The notes below the pieces were generated by a model that saw only the letters and a program-made list of their open reading frames with translations, had not been told where the DNA came from and did not search any database. 64,000 bases of DNA from Eutreptiella sp. 'Long Island Sound 2002' (lineage: Eukaryota > Protista > Euglenida): NCBI GenBank assembly GCA_964036045.1, contig OZ038379.1, positions 14,136,001 through 14,200,000 of the forward strand, read 5' to 3'. Every line of letters begins with the position of its first letter. Within the stretch, counting starts at the first letter, position 1. Below are positions 34,473 through 46,339 of the stretch, piece by piece. A program made the position numbers and the translations under genes.

Positions 34473-34762
34473 CTGTCACTCAGTGACAGATGGGAATGGC
34501 AAGTAGGGAGAGTGACACATATTTTGCGCAGATGTGAGAAAATGGGGCGCTGAAGGCCCCGGAAATTTTTTTGGGGGCTGCCGAAGAGGGACAAAAAAAA
34601 CCCCATGTTTTGCCCCATGTGTGTGTACTCAAAATGTCAGATTTTTGTGGAGAATTCAAATGTGGGTGAAAAACACGAAAAAAATTTCGGCCCCCTGACC
34701 CGACCTCCAAGTCGGCCCTTGGCTGCTGGCCCATCCATCTGTCACCTGTCACTCGTCACTCG
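34473..34762. mobile_element. MITE-like element with GTCACTC/GTGACAG inverted ends
   Basis: Left end CTGTCACTCAGTGACAGATGGG; right end CCATCTGTCACCTGTCACTCGTCACTC. The same ends recur at 63451-63810, and the interior resembles about 38050-38215. Confidence 0.6.
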
Positions 34763-34826
34763 AGGAGGGGGGGGTTGCGTGTGTGTGGGGGGGGGAGAGG
34801 GGGCACTGAGCACATCACTGCTGCAG

Positions 34827-35699
34827 GTCGTCATCATCTTCACCTTCGGCGTCTTCGGCGTCGCCCTCTTCGGCAACGTGCAAGTCGCCGGCAACCCGTT
34901 CCTGCCGAGCACCCTCAACTTCCAGAACATCGGGCACGCGCTACCGGTGCTGTGCCTGGCCTGCACCCGCGAGCAATGGGTGGAGATCATGAAGGGCGTG
35001 TCGATCGACGTGGTGGGCTGCACGGGCGACACGTGCGGGATGCCCACGTGGGCCGGGGTATACTTCCACGGGTTCGTCGTCATCAGCGGGTACCTCGTGA
35101 TGAACATCGCGGTGTTCATCGTGACGTTCCACTTCCAACAGATCTCGTCCAGTTACAAGGAGTCCAAGGCCATGCACGCCCTCCACCACTTCATCCTCGC
35201 CTGGGACCAGTACGGCAAGAGATCCCACGCGCTGCACGTCGAGACCGTCGTGCAGCTGCTGCTGCCGCTGGAGTACCCGCTCGGCATCATGAAGGCCCCG
35301 CCGCGGAGCACCTTCCGGAAGCTCAACACCTTCCGCAAGCTCAACTCCATCGCGCCCGTTGTCACGTCGTGGGCGGGTCTCCCGCCCCGGGACCGGGTCC
35401 GGATGCTGAACGTGCTGGCGAAGATGCAGATCCCGTTGACCCCGGCCCATCTGGTGGGCCGCAGCGACATGGTCGCGGCCATCAACGCGTACATGTGTAA
35501 AATCGACGAAACAGATCTGTGTTTGATCGCGAGTCATGGGGTGCAGGTGCCGGATCGCGCGAGCACGAGCAAGCGCTGGTACGTGCACCACGTCATGGCG
35601 GCCCTGCAGATCCAGTCCTGGTACCACACACGGACGGCGCTGCGTGCCTCGAGGGCCGACCGCGCAGAGGCTGACGCCAAGGCTCTGGATGCGGTTTGA
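34827..35699 (+). CDS. Channel last exon: domain IV S5-pore-S6, EF-hand-like region and IQ motif, stop
   Basis: Acceptor CTGCTGCAG|. VVIIFTFGVFGVALFG (S5), NFQNIGHALPVLCLACTREQW (filter E), YLVMNIAVFIV (S6), FILAWDQY..LEYPLG, AALQIQSWYHTR (IQ), TGA at 35697-35699. Confidence 0.94.
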   Translation, partial: VVIIFTFGVFGVALFGNVQVAGNPFLPSTLNFQNIGHALPVLCLACTREQWVEIMKGVSIDVVGCTGDTCGMPTWAGVYFHGFVVISGYLVMNIAVFIVTFHFQQISSSYKESKAMHALHHFILAWDQYGKRSHALHVETVVQLLLPLEYPLGIMKAPPRSTFRKLNTFRKLNSIAPVVTSWAGLPPRDRVRMLNVLAKMQIPLTPAHLVGRSDMVAAINAYMCKIDETDLCLIASHGVQVPDRASTSKRWYVHHVMAALQIQSWYHTRTALRASRADRAEADAKALDAV

Positions 35700-38600
35700 C
35701 CCCCCTTTTTACTGCCCCGGCGTCCCCCCTCGCAGTGTGCGGGGGCGTCCCGGGGCAGCCCCACCCCCGCAAAGCAAAGGCCCGGTCGCGGCTGGTGCTG
35801 TTGGTGCTGTTTTGCGTGATTTGGGCGCGTCTGACCTGCGCTCCCAGTGACCATTATGATGTGTGTAAAAATTGAGAAAAGCACACCTGATTTTATGCAA
35901 CTTTTCCCGGTACTTTTCCCGTTCTGTACGAAGTGCAATGCCCCCCTGCCCTATCGCTAACCTCAGCTGAACTCGAAACTAAAACACTGAGGCTACTCTC
36001 TCTCTCTCTCTCTGATGATTGTCATGATCACAGTACTCAGGAACAAACAGACTTGCCGCCAGCATCCGCCAGCTCACATATGATCACCAAGAGCCGGGTC
36101 CTACCTCGTTGTGCACTGGATGCATCTGTTTCTTACTGACTTCTGCGTGTGGCTGGAGCAGGCAAATGGAACAGGGCCGTCGCGAAACTGCGAGTGGCCC
36201 TGCCGGACACTGATGGCAAATCTGGCAAACAATTGAGGAGTGCTTTATCCGGCAGCCGTTACGAACATATTCAATGAACAACGTCCGGAACGGCGGGTTG
36301 ATCCGCAACGAAATAAAAGAAACACAGGGAGACCAGAAGAAACAGGGGCTTGAAAACCTCTTGCGCAAGCCTGGCCTTGTCTGGGCATCGAATCCCCGTT
36401 CCCCGATCTGGGCCGTAACTGCCCAAGACGGGGGGGGAGGGGGGCGGGTTGGTATTTGGGTGTTGTCCTACTCTCCCACCGTTCGGCTACCGCAACAATA
36501 TACCCGCCAACCACCGGTAACCGCATCTGTAACCGCTCCTGACCATGTCTTTCACACTTCCTCTCCATTGATAGCGAAGCAGGACAACACACTTCATCTT
36601 ATCATAATTGTTTATGGTAACTTTATTAATGTATGGAGGTGCTTTGTGGTGATACTCGCCTTTGGGGGTTGTTGCTCCAAACTGCACCGCCAGCAGCTCG
36701 TGGAAGATGGGTATGAACAACACGAGGGCGGTGGTGCCGGATTTAAGTTAGGTTTGGTGGATTGCCGATTCATTTTAGTGGACCTGACATTTGATTGTCT
36801 CGGTTCCGCCCAAAGACGTATGCATTTGGCATCTGTTCTGCGTCCGTGCAACGTCCCCGGCCAGCTTCTCTGCGTGCTGCCGCTCTGCTGTCACCTTTTC
36901 TTGGAGCAGCGGCGCTGGTTGGCGGCCTCGTTTCTGCGGTCTTTGCGACAAGCTTCCCACCCTTCAGCATCCTTGTTTGAGACCCCCGAGTGAAGCTTAA
37001 AGTTTGAGCCAGGCAATGCTCGATGGCCGGAGCTTGGGGGGCGTGTGGGCATGAGCGCTTGTGAGCGCGCGCGTGTGTGCTCCCACCCTGCGCCGGCTCA
37101 GGGCCACGTCGCATGTTACTTACAAAGTGGTGCTGTTACCCCGCCACACATATGCCGTCTTGAACCTAGCCAACGCAGATATCCCCTTCCCCTTCCCCGT
37201 ACATTTTCAAATGTACTTATGTCACCCAGCCCCAAATGGAGCGACTGCATCGCATTGATGGCCACACCCGGAGCAGGCCATTTTGAAACGGATCCGGCTG
37301 GTACGCACCACACCCATTACTTTGAAACGAGCCTTGGACACAGCCTCAGTCCTTGCCTGACTGCACCTGTGACGTGGTGCGCAGGCACAGGCGTTTGGGA
37401 CCAGTTGGGCGGTGCGTTGCTCTAATCCCCACTGTGTAGTCGCCCCTGTCACAATTTTGCATGAAGGGACAGCCATTAGGGTGAAAGATGCCATTCCTCA
37501 GCCTGGGCGGCAGACTCGCACCTGTATTATACGCCAAGTAGTGGGACGGGAAATGGAGGACGCCGCTGTATGGCTCACCAAGAAGCGAAAATGGAGGGCG
37601 GGGGGGCTGTTCTGGAGTGAGGACATACATGATCAACAGTGTGATTGCCCTGGAATAGCGAAAGCATCACGTTTCCACCACATTAGCCCTGAGCGGTTGA
37701 TCGCAGTCCTCTAGTAGAACATGACTGACAAGAATTTCTGTTACTCCGTCCGTGAGTTCCGTCTGGCACCGGCAATGGTGCATCCCCATGGGGGCGGCTC
37801 CACTGCCCAGGCAGCTGCATTGCATTCTGTGCGGGGCTGTCACGTACATGAGGCATTAGGGGGAGTTACTGGTCCCACCTGAGGGGTTCCCCACCAGTGT
37901 AGGGGCAATGTCATGGTCGGTACAACAGGGCCAGTGGAGTCACGGGGGCTGCTCCCGGCCAGGACCCGACCCCAAGGGAGGGGGGGGGGGTTCTACAGAC
38001 CCCAAAATGGTTGTACGGAACAATAGGTTTTGTGGATGCAGGAGATTTTGTTTAAGGCATACGGCAGGGGGAAATTTTTTGTTTGACCCTATGTGTCTAT
38101 ACTCAAAATGCTCAGAATTTTGTGGAGAACTCAAAAATGGATGAAAAACACAAAAAAAGATTTTGACCCCAACCCGACCTCTGGGTCGGACCTTGGCTGA
38201 TGGGAGCCTGAGTTGATGGGCAAATTTTTTTTTGAAAAATTGTATGTTCAAAATGATCAGCGCATCATGGGGATCGTGTGGAGGTTTGTATGTTGGGGTA
38301 CCCACCGACGCCCCCCTGGGGAGCCCGGCAGCTGACCGCCCGACCCGCTGACCCCCCGGCTTTGGGTCAACAAAGCCCCCCCCCCCCCCCCTACAACCCC
38401 AAAACGGTTGCACATCCCTCGGGGTCACACATTGGCTGGCGGCAGCCCCCTTGGGTGGAGTACCCGGAGGTAATGCAAAAGGCCTGCTGCCTACTGTCCG
38501 CAGCATGGGGCTCAAATGTGACTGCATGGAGCGGCAGGGTGACCCCTGTACTGGGTGGTGTATGGGGCAAACCACCAGGGCACCAGGCCTTGTGTTTTGG

Positions 38601-40874
38601 CAGGGTGTGCCCTCACTCTGGAGTGGTCCCTCAAATCTGGTCCGCCATTGTGCTCCCCTTCTACCCCCAAATACGCATACTTGCCCACACTCCTCACGGG
38701 CGTCCTCGCACAGGCTTCGAGGTTTTGCACTACTTTTGTCCAGTTTGCTGTGCATAATGTGGTGCCACGTGGACGTGTTGAGTGCTGAGTGGCTGTATGG
38801 CACCTGTGGTTATGCGGGCGGCTGCCACCGCTGCCTGGAAAGCATTTGCCCACTCACGCAGTGCTTGCACCGCGCACATGGAATCCGGGAACTTCACGGT
38901 CTTGTGTGTGTAGCAGGGGGGGGGGGGTCGTTTCTTTGCAACGCCTGGTCCCTCCATACAATACTCCTTCTGTTGGATGAATCACGCAACAAGTTTTGTC
39001 TCAGTCCCAAGACAACGGGGGCTATGCTTTTTGGGAACCCCCCATTTTTGCTGCTTCACTTCTCCTGACCCCTTCTGCAACTGCTGCCTGATCCTTTCTG
39101 TGAGCGCTGCTGCCTAGGAAGGGGCGCACCAGGTTGGGGGTCCATGTTGTTTTTTGTTTGGACCGACCTTCTGAAGTGGTTGATGGACCGACCCTTTTCG
39201 CTCCGTCTGAGCGTGTTTGGAAAGCGCGTGAGGAAAAGACTCCAGCAAACCCACAGTGCACTACAATATCCTGCAGGACAGTAGGAGCACGCTCCAGGAG
39301 CCTCCGAGGGACAGCCCTTTGAAGACCTCTTCAGAGAGACCATGCGCCCGGGTTTTAGTTCAAAGTTTTTACAGTGTGTGCAGTGTGGGCTGGACGGAAC
39401 TAACCGGCGCTAACCTTGGCGGCGTTTCGGCTCGGCCGATTAGGTTCCGGCAGTTCAGCTCGGTGGCGGTCTCGGTCGGCGAAGCACCGCCCGGCACTTC
39501 AGCCGGCTGAAGCGCCGGGCCGTTCGGACACCCACCCCCTAAACCCACCCAATCCCCCCTCATTTTCACCACATCCACTCCTTTCTACGGTGATGTATGT
39601 ATGTATGTATGGTCCATCCGAGCTTTGCCCCCCCCCCCCCTTGGGGGTCCAGAGGTCCCCAGGCCGGGCGCGTAGCGCTCCATGTGGGGTCCACAGAGTC
39701 ATAGCAGCTCCGGCAACGCGCTGACAGTTTGCAAATGTGGTCACGCGCCCCATTGTGCGTGCACACAAAGTTCGTGTGTACGTGCTGTCCTGGTCTTTTT
39801 CCATGCTTCCATGCTTTCCTGCACTGTTCTTCACACATCTATGCTAAAGTGACTACCCTGGAGCAATGCCTGGTAAGATGATTGGGGTAGCCAAGGTGCA
39901 GTAGGTGTGGACCATGCTTCTGTTTGTGCGTATTGTACATATGTGGGGCTCGATTTTCAATTTGGTATGCAATCTGCGGTCAAATGCCGGACCGGAACAA
40001 GATGTATGGTCACCAGTGGGTGGAAAAAGGTCAATCAAATCACAATCAATGCAATGTGACCTACCGAACAAGCAAAACTTAACGTGTATCAAGTATCTTT
40101 CCTCATGTTTGCCTATCATGACCGAATCAAAACTAGGTCCCGAATTAACGCAGTTCCTACGCTTACACATGTGTAGTTTGGACAAAGCGTAGGTTGGACA
40201 AAAGAGGGGGCGTTCGTCTCATTGACCATGGCCCCGAAAACCGCCATATTAATATAGCCCATACGCCTACTGTGCCTTCCACAATATTGTGACGTGCAGC
40301 AGTCCAAGCCCAAGACTGTGGTGTTTCAATACAACACTGCATTACGATGTGTTCCCACCAGAGAGGTTTTCTACATGCATGCAAATGCAGACCGTGTACC
40401 TGCTACAATCAAGGGGTTCTTGACAACGTGGGGATGGTTTTGCCGTCTCTCAGTACCCTCCCCCCCCTCCCCTGCACAGTCCCCCCTAGGGGCAGAGGGG
40501 GCAGAGGGGGGGGCAGGCGTCACTTGCCTCAAAAGTCCATGGCGCCGAAGAAACTTTTTCCTCTCGTTACAATGGAGTTGTAGTGGAAAGGTCCGGTTTG
40601 GGTCCTCGTGTATGCCCCCCGTGGAGACCATTGCACATTGTGGGCGAACTGTCCATGTGGGCGAGGCGGGGGGGCTGGCATGAAGGGAACGTCTCGGCAA
40701 AGCTGGTGGTGGTGCTGTGCCATCCTTTTGTGGCGTTGGGAAAAGGCACAGCATGGGGGGAGCATTAGCACGCTGGGCACACGCCGTGGGCAATTTTTTT
40801 TTTTTACCATTCCCCATCTGTGCCTGCTTTTGCCCCCCCCCAACCCACCCACCAAACAAAACAATCCACAAATG

Positions 40875-41390
40875 GAGTGGCCCGTTGAGCTGGGGAAATG
40901 GACTCCCAAGCTTCGGTGTGGCCCCTCAACTTGGGGTGATGGACTCCCATGCTTTGGTGTGGCCCCTCGAGTTGGGGTTATGGAGTCCCTAGCTTTGGTG
41001 TGGCCCCTTGAGTTGGGGTCATGGACTCCCACGCTTCAGTGTGGCCCCTCGAGTTGGGTGATGGACTCCCACGCTTCGGTGTGGCCCCTTGAGTTGGGGT
41101 TATGAACTCCCTTACTTCGGTGCGGCCTCTCGAGTTGAGGTTATGGACTCCCACACTTCGGTGTGGCCCGTTGTGTTGTGGTTAAGGACTCCCACGCTTC
41201 AGTGTGGTCTTTTTAGCAGGGGTTAAGTACTTCAACGCTTCGGTGTAGCCCGTTGAGTCGGGGTGATGGACTCGCATGCTTCGGTCTGGACCCTCGAGTT
41301 GGGGTTCATGACTCCCACGCTTCAGTGTGGCGCCTCGAGTTGGGGTTAAGGACTCCTCCGCTTCAGTGTGGCTGCTCGAGTTGGGGTTAA
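40875..41390 (+). repeat. 41-bp minisatellite, about 12 copies, degenerating 3'
   Basis: Unit ATGGACTCCCACGCTTCGGTGTGGCCCCTCGAGTTGGGGTT; starts at 40898, 40939 and 40980. Confidence 0.92.
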
Positions 41391-42282
41391 GGCATGGCGT
41401 CCCATATGTGTTGCACCATTTCGTGCTTGTTTTGTTGCATTTCACGGAATTGTGCATGCGGAGTCAGGTCCGTCACACATTTTATAGACCATGGTGCCCT
41501 GTCCCGCCTGCCAAGCAAGATGAGGGAGAGGATGAGGTAGATGTGTGTGGGTTGTGCTGTGAGAGACGGCCCACCACCACAGTTTGTGGTGAGTGCAAGG
41601 AGCGTTTTTCTGCAGAATGTATCGAACCCACTTTTGTAGGGATTTTGGGGTTTGTCAGACACAGACCAAGTCACGAGCATTGATATTGAATTCCGCCGCT
41701 TTGCTTTATGCTGTTCTGCTTTGTAGGTCTGCAGTCCAGTCTGGCCTACTTGGGGCCCTTCTCTAGGGGAGGATAAACCTGGGGTTAAAGTCGGGATTGT
41801 TGAATACAAAAGTAGCGTGCTGGTGCGCGCCGTGCAAACACTCCCCCATGCCTGCTATGTCCCACAGTTGTAATGGTAGTGTTGGTGGTTTTTTGCGAGC
41901 CACGTGCAAGCTGCGCTTCAGGTACAAGGGGCATAGGTGCTGTATTGATTTTGGGGGCCAGGCGTAGTTTGAACCAGGGGGTTGACAGGGTACCCCTCTT
42001 GCGAATGTTGCAGCTGTAAATTGTCGGGGTCGCCATTTTCCAGAACTCCGCCCATCGTAAATTTTGGCTGGAACCGAATCCCATTGTGACCTCCAGGGCA
42101 CAGTGAAATGTACCAGCAGGATGTACCGGCAGGTCGACAATACTTCCATGCACAACTCACGCATGACTGGCACGGGCCCGTTTCCTGGGTGTGGTGGGTC
42201 GGCACAGACTGCCCAGTCTTAAGTCTGCCCACCCACCCACCCACCCACCCTTACACAACCTTTGTGCCAGCACAGCCATGTC

Positions 42283-42586
42283 TGTAATGGTACTGATCCT
42301 CTGTTATTGATTTGCGATATCCTGCAATGCTTTTTCAAAATCACTCAAATTGTTGAACTCCTTGCATCCTCTTAGTATCCCTCAGCGAACACAACAGAAG
42401 ACTGTCCCAAAACGTAATGTCATCCCGTTCTCTGTATAACAATAAAATTCACATATGCACTGCAAAATACCTAGATTATTTCTGATTGTCTATTTCATAT
42501 CGCTGTGTCCTGTTACGCATCTGCACGTACTCGCTGCGCATGCGCAACCCATCGCGTTAGCGATCTTTACACCGTGTCCTATTACA
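42283..42586 (-). repeat. 3' LTR (304 bp)
   Basis: Differs from the other LTR by about 6 substitutions and a 2-bp indel (counted by eye). Confidence 0.95.
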
Positions 42587-42596
42587 CTCCCTTCCC
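42587..42596 (-). other. Polypurine tract GGGAAGGGAG
   Basis: All-purine 10-mer directly abutting the 3' LTR on the minus strand. Confidence 0.85.
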
Positions 42597-44828
42597 AAGC
42601 TATTTGCTGGGGTTTACCTCAGCAAATGGCTGACTAAGGAAAATAGACACTCGGATCTTTACACTAGTGTGGGGGGGGATGGGCTGAGCTGCTGTAGACA
42701 GCCCAGAACAGGGTGTCAAACAAAAAAAGTCAAACACACACCCCAAACAAAAATTTACTGTGGTGTGCTGCAGTGCAAGAGTGCACTGCAGCCCTACATG
42801 CTAGTTAGAGTGGGTGTGGGGGTAGAAATGTGGGCGGCCTAAGTTGCACAGCAACCCTACAATAGTAACCTGCCTACAAACAGCTAACTGCCTGCAGCAA
42901 TGGCTAAGCAGGCATCGCACTGCACTAGACCTTGTGCAGAGGAGGCGGGGGGGGATGTCAAAAAATCTGTAACAATTTTCTGCCTGCCTGAAAAGGTTAG
43001 AATATTTTACAAATAAAAATTTGTATCCCTGCACTTGCAACCCTGCAGACAGTAACAGCACCACATAAAAAAAATTTTCTCTTCTTAAAACTTCTCAGAA
43101 GTTTGTCAAACCTGAAGTAAAGTACAAAAACCCATTAACCTGATTAACCGGACTGCTGAGTTCTGTCTTCACTTGTTTTCTGTCCGCATTGGCGCTGTAG
43201 TCTGCAGAGCAAGCAAGGCAAAGAAACAAGGAGAGAAGAAAAAAAGCGAAGCGAAAGCGAACCGAAAGCGCAGAAAAGCGATGCAAAGCAACCGCTCGTG
43301 ACAAACGACGGAACACTGCAGAGGAGCAGAAACACACCTGAAGTGCTCTGCTCCCGCGTTCTGTGTCGCTCGTTGTCTTGAACTTCTTTGCACCTGTGCA
43401 AAGCAAAAGAATAGAAAGAAAACACACATGTCATATAAAAAAAAACGACGCGTCAGATCGTCAGTCATACCTGATGAAAATTCCATACTGAAACTCCTGA
43501 TTCCCACCTCTGATTCCTGAACAGCTTGCAAAGCACACACAGAGGTTGTAAAATACACACACGCAAACGACAACTATGCCAATGCACACGATGTATATAA
43601 ACGCAAACGAAAGCCTACGGAAACGCAGCCTGAAATATTTTTATCATTGTATCTTGTGGTCAAACGCGTAACTGTATTTGTAAAATCTATAACAAAAACC
43701 AATCAAGTTGGACTGCGCAAACATACGCCAACGCTTTGCCACACCTGGCGCACGCACAAATGCACACACATACTTGCAAGAAAAAGCGAAAGACCAACAC
43801 ATACAGAATATTTTGAAATGTAAAAGAATTAAAGTAAGAAGTAAAAGTATACTGAAACACAAACAACAAAGAAAACTCACAACTCATGACACAACTGACA
43901 TGAACACACACAGGGTCACAAAAGATATAATACAAAAGCGGGCATACATTCCCTGCTCACTGACCCACAGTTACTATATACCTCAGACCAGGCCCTGTGC
44001 ATCGCGCACCACGGCCAGGGAGCGGGGCGAAACACACGCACCACTCCGAAGAGAAAAATCACCCTAGAAAAACTAACCATTCACAGGGAGGGGTGTCCGG
44101 GGGAAGCATCGCGCAACCCCAAGGACTGGGCGCTTCGCACGCCACACAAAAAATTCGCCGCATCACGCAGCGCGGGCGGGGTGCCTCACACACCTCTAAG
44201 CGCATCACGCGCACACCCTAGGGTTTGGGGTTTTTGAGCCTCACGCTCCTTAGACAGTAGGGGGTTTACCGTACCTCTAGTCGTCGCCCACGATAGGCAG
44301 CAGCCGCCGAAGGCAGGAAACAGAAAAAATAACACCCATTCGGAAATGTAGAAATAGAAACCCAGAAACACCTACCAACTCACCATGGAAGGTTGCACCC
44401 CTAATAATTGAAATACAAAGTGAAAATCAAAAACGAAATAAGGGTCGTGTCTTTGCCCAAAGGAGGCAGGAAGACAACCAATCCAAAAATACTTAAAAAA
44501 GAAAAGAAAGACAAAGAAAAGAGACAAAAAAATCCTCACCAAAAAGAAACACCAAGCAGGCGTGCAACAAACAACACACCGAAAATGTGTTTGTCGTTGC
44601 TCACCATACTCATGTGTCGTGTCTTGGCTGCTGCTCTTTGTGTCCACCTGCAAGGCAGGGCAGAAGACAAAACGCAAAGCAGCAGTTCTAAAATACTAAG
44701 TTACGAAGCGAGGCGCAGCGCGTTGAAATTCGAATCGCAATGTATTCACAACAAAAAAAAATATACAATGCACTCGTAAATTTACCTACATTACTTCTCA
44801 GGTTGCTTCGACTTACGCACTGCACTGT

Positions 44829-45320
44829 TCACCTTTGTTCAGCGTCACCCTGACGCTGCATTGTGGCGCTCTCCTTGGCGCCAGTCTCTTTTACCGCCAT
44901 CAACAAAGTTTCCACACGATTTCGCAAGACGGCGTTCTCATCATCCCTGGCCGCCAAACGTCGTTCCAACAAAACGATCCTCGCGCTCTGCTCAGCGACC
45001 TTCGTTTCAGCGGCTTCGAAGCGTACTCGGTCATCCTGTTGACGCTGCTGCATACGCGCGGTAAGAATCCTTATCTTGCGATGAAGACCTTTGCAGGCCT
45101 TGTCAGCGCGCCTTCGCTCTGTACGCAGCTCCTCAGCGTGCTGGGCGCGCGCCGCCTCAAGTAATCGGCTGATCATCTCCTTGGCGTCCGTCAAGCCCTC
45201 ACATGTTGCCATGGACGCTGAACTGGGTAGATCGCTCTCACACAAACCGTTGTCCCCATTGGATGACGGTCTCCTTGACGACGGCGTCCCTTGCACAGCA
45301 GACATACCAAAATTCTCCAC
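44829..45320 (-). CDS. Coiled-coil ORF inside the LTR element (about 158 aa from the ATG at 45305); possible Gag remnant
   Basis: Heptad-like, E/R/Q-rich (RLLEAARAQHAEELRTERRR..AVLRNRVETLL). Starts just downstream of the PBS, in the sense of the element. Confidence 0.55.
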   Translation of the reverse strand: MENFGMSAVQGTPSSRRPSSNGDNGLCESDLPSSASMATCEGLTDAKEMISRLLEAARAQHAEELRTERRRADKACKGLHRKIRILTARMQQRQQDDRVRFEAAETKVAEQSARIVLLERRLAARDDENAVLRNRVETLLMAVKETGAKESATMQRQGDAEQR

Positions 45321-45339
45321 GGCGATTTTTGAATATTTC

Positions 45340-45350
45340 GAGAACGGGAT
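45340..45350 (-). other. 11-nt primer-binding site ATCCCGTTCTC, complementary to a site within the LTR
   Basis: Abuts the 5' LTR and is not TGG-initiated. Complementary to GAGAAYGGGAT in the minus-strand LTR (42422-42432 perfect; 45488-45498 one G-U pair). Confidence 0.8.
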
Positions 45351-45652
45351 TGTAATGGTACTGATCCTCTGTTATTGATTTGCGATATCCTGCAATGCTT
45401 TTCCAAAATCACTCAAATTGTTGAACTCCTTGCATCCTCTTAGTATCTCAGCGAACACAACAGAAAACTGTCCCAAAACGTAATGTCATCCCATTCTCTG
45501 TATAACAATAAAACTCACATATGCACTGCAAAATACCTAGATCATTTCTGATTGTCTATTTCATATCGCTGTGTCCTGTTACGCATCTGCACGTACTCGC
45601 TGCGCATGCGCAACCCATCGCGTTAGCAATCTTTACACCGTGTCCTATTACA
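45351..45652 (-). repeat. 5' LTR (302 bp)
   Basis: TGTAAT...ATTACA direct repeat of 42283-42586. Confidence 0.95.
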
Positions 45653-46300
45653 TGTCTCAGCACGACGACCCCATGTCACCATGATGTTTGGGAGTGCCAT
45701 TTTTGTGGTCCGGAATACGGAGTCACCAGAATGTGAGCCGGTTGTGCGTGGCAGGACAAGGAAAGTAAGGCTGGAGCAGGCGCACAAGCGATTTTGATTG
45801 GTGTTGATTGGGGTGTGAATGGAACTTGACAGTCTCCCGGTGCAGCTTCACACCCTTCCCTCAGGCTAACGCAATCATAGCACAGGTTCAAGAAAACGAC
45901 CATGACACGGGGTAAACTGCTGGGCTTGCTACAGAAGCAAGACAATAGGCCTCAGGCGACCGCCCATGAGGATGTTCTATGCAGCCAACCCCTTTCTCTT
46001 TGCGTCACGTATGCTCCTGTCTGGGGTTACAGTAGGTCCCAGATTATTTTGGCTCCTAATTTGATGCAGTACCAAATGCAATGATACAGTAAGATCTGAG
46101 AAGCAAAGCGAAACTGCATTTTTGGCATTTTGCCAAAGACTTGGATTATGGAATGGATGGGGATGTGTGTGCGTGTGTGTGTGTGTGCGTGTGCTTGGGT
46201 GTCTCTGTGTCAACTGTCACAGTAAGGCGCTTAGGCGTGCAATTTTGGTGTTTTGCAGCTTGACAGGGGCAATCCATACCTGTTTGTGTGTGTGTGTGTG

Positions 46301-46339
<39 letters not shown>

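Larger units (their letters stand above)
42283..45652 (-). mobile_element. Non-autonomous LTR retroelement (3.37 kb) with a self-complementary PBS
   Basis: LTRs at 42283-42586 and 45351-45652, each TGTAAT...ATTACA. TSD TGTC at 42279-42282 and 45653-45656. PPT and PBS set the minus orientation. No pol motifs seen. Confidence 0.93.

Noticed and set aside
36274-36993. 239-aa + strand ORF and overlapping minus-strand fragments
   Set aside because: No recognisable motif; probably chance or decayed element sequence.
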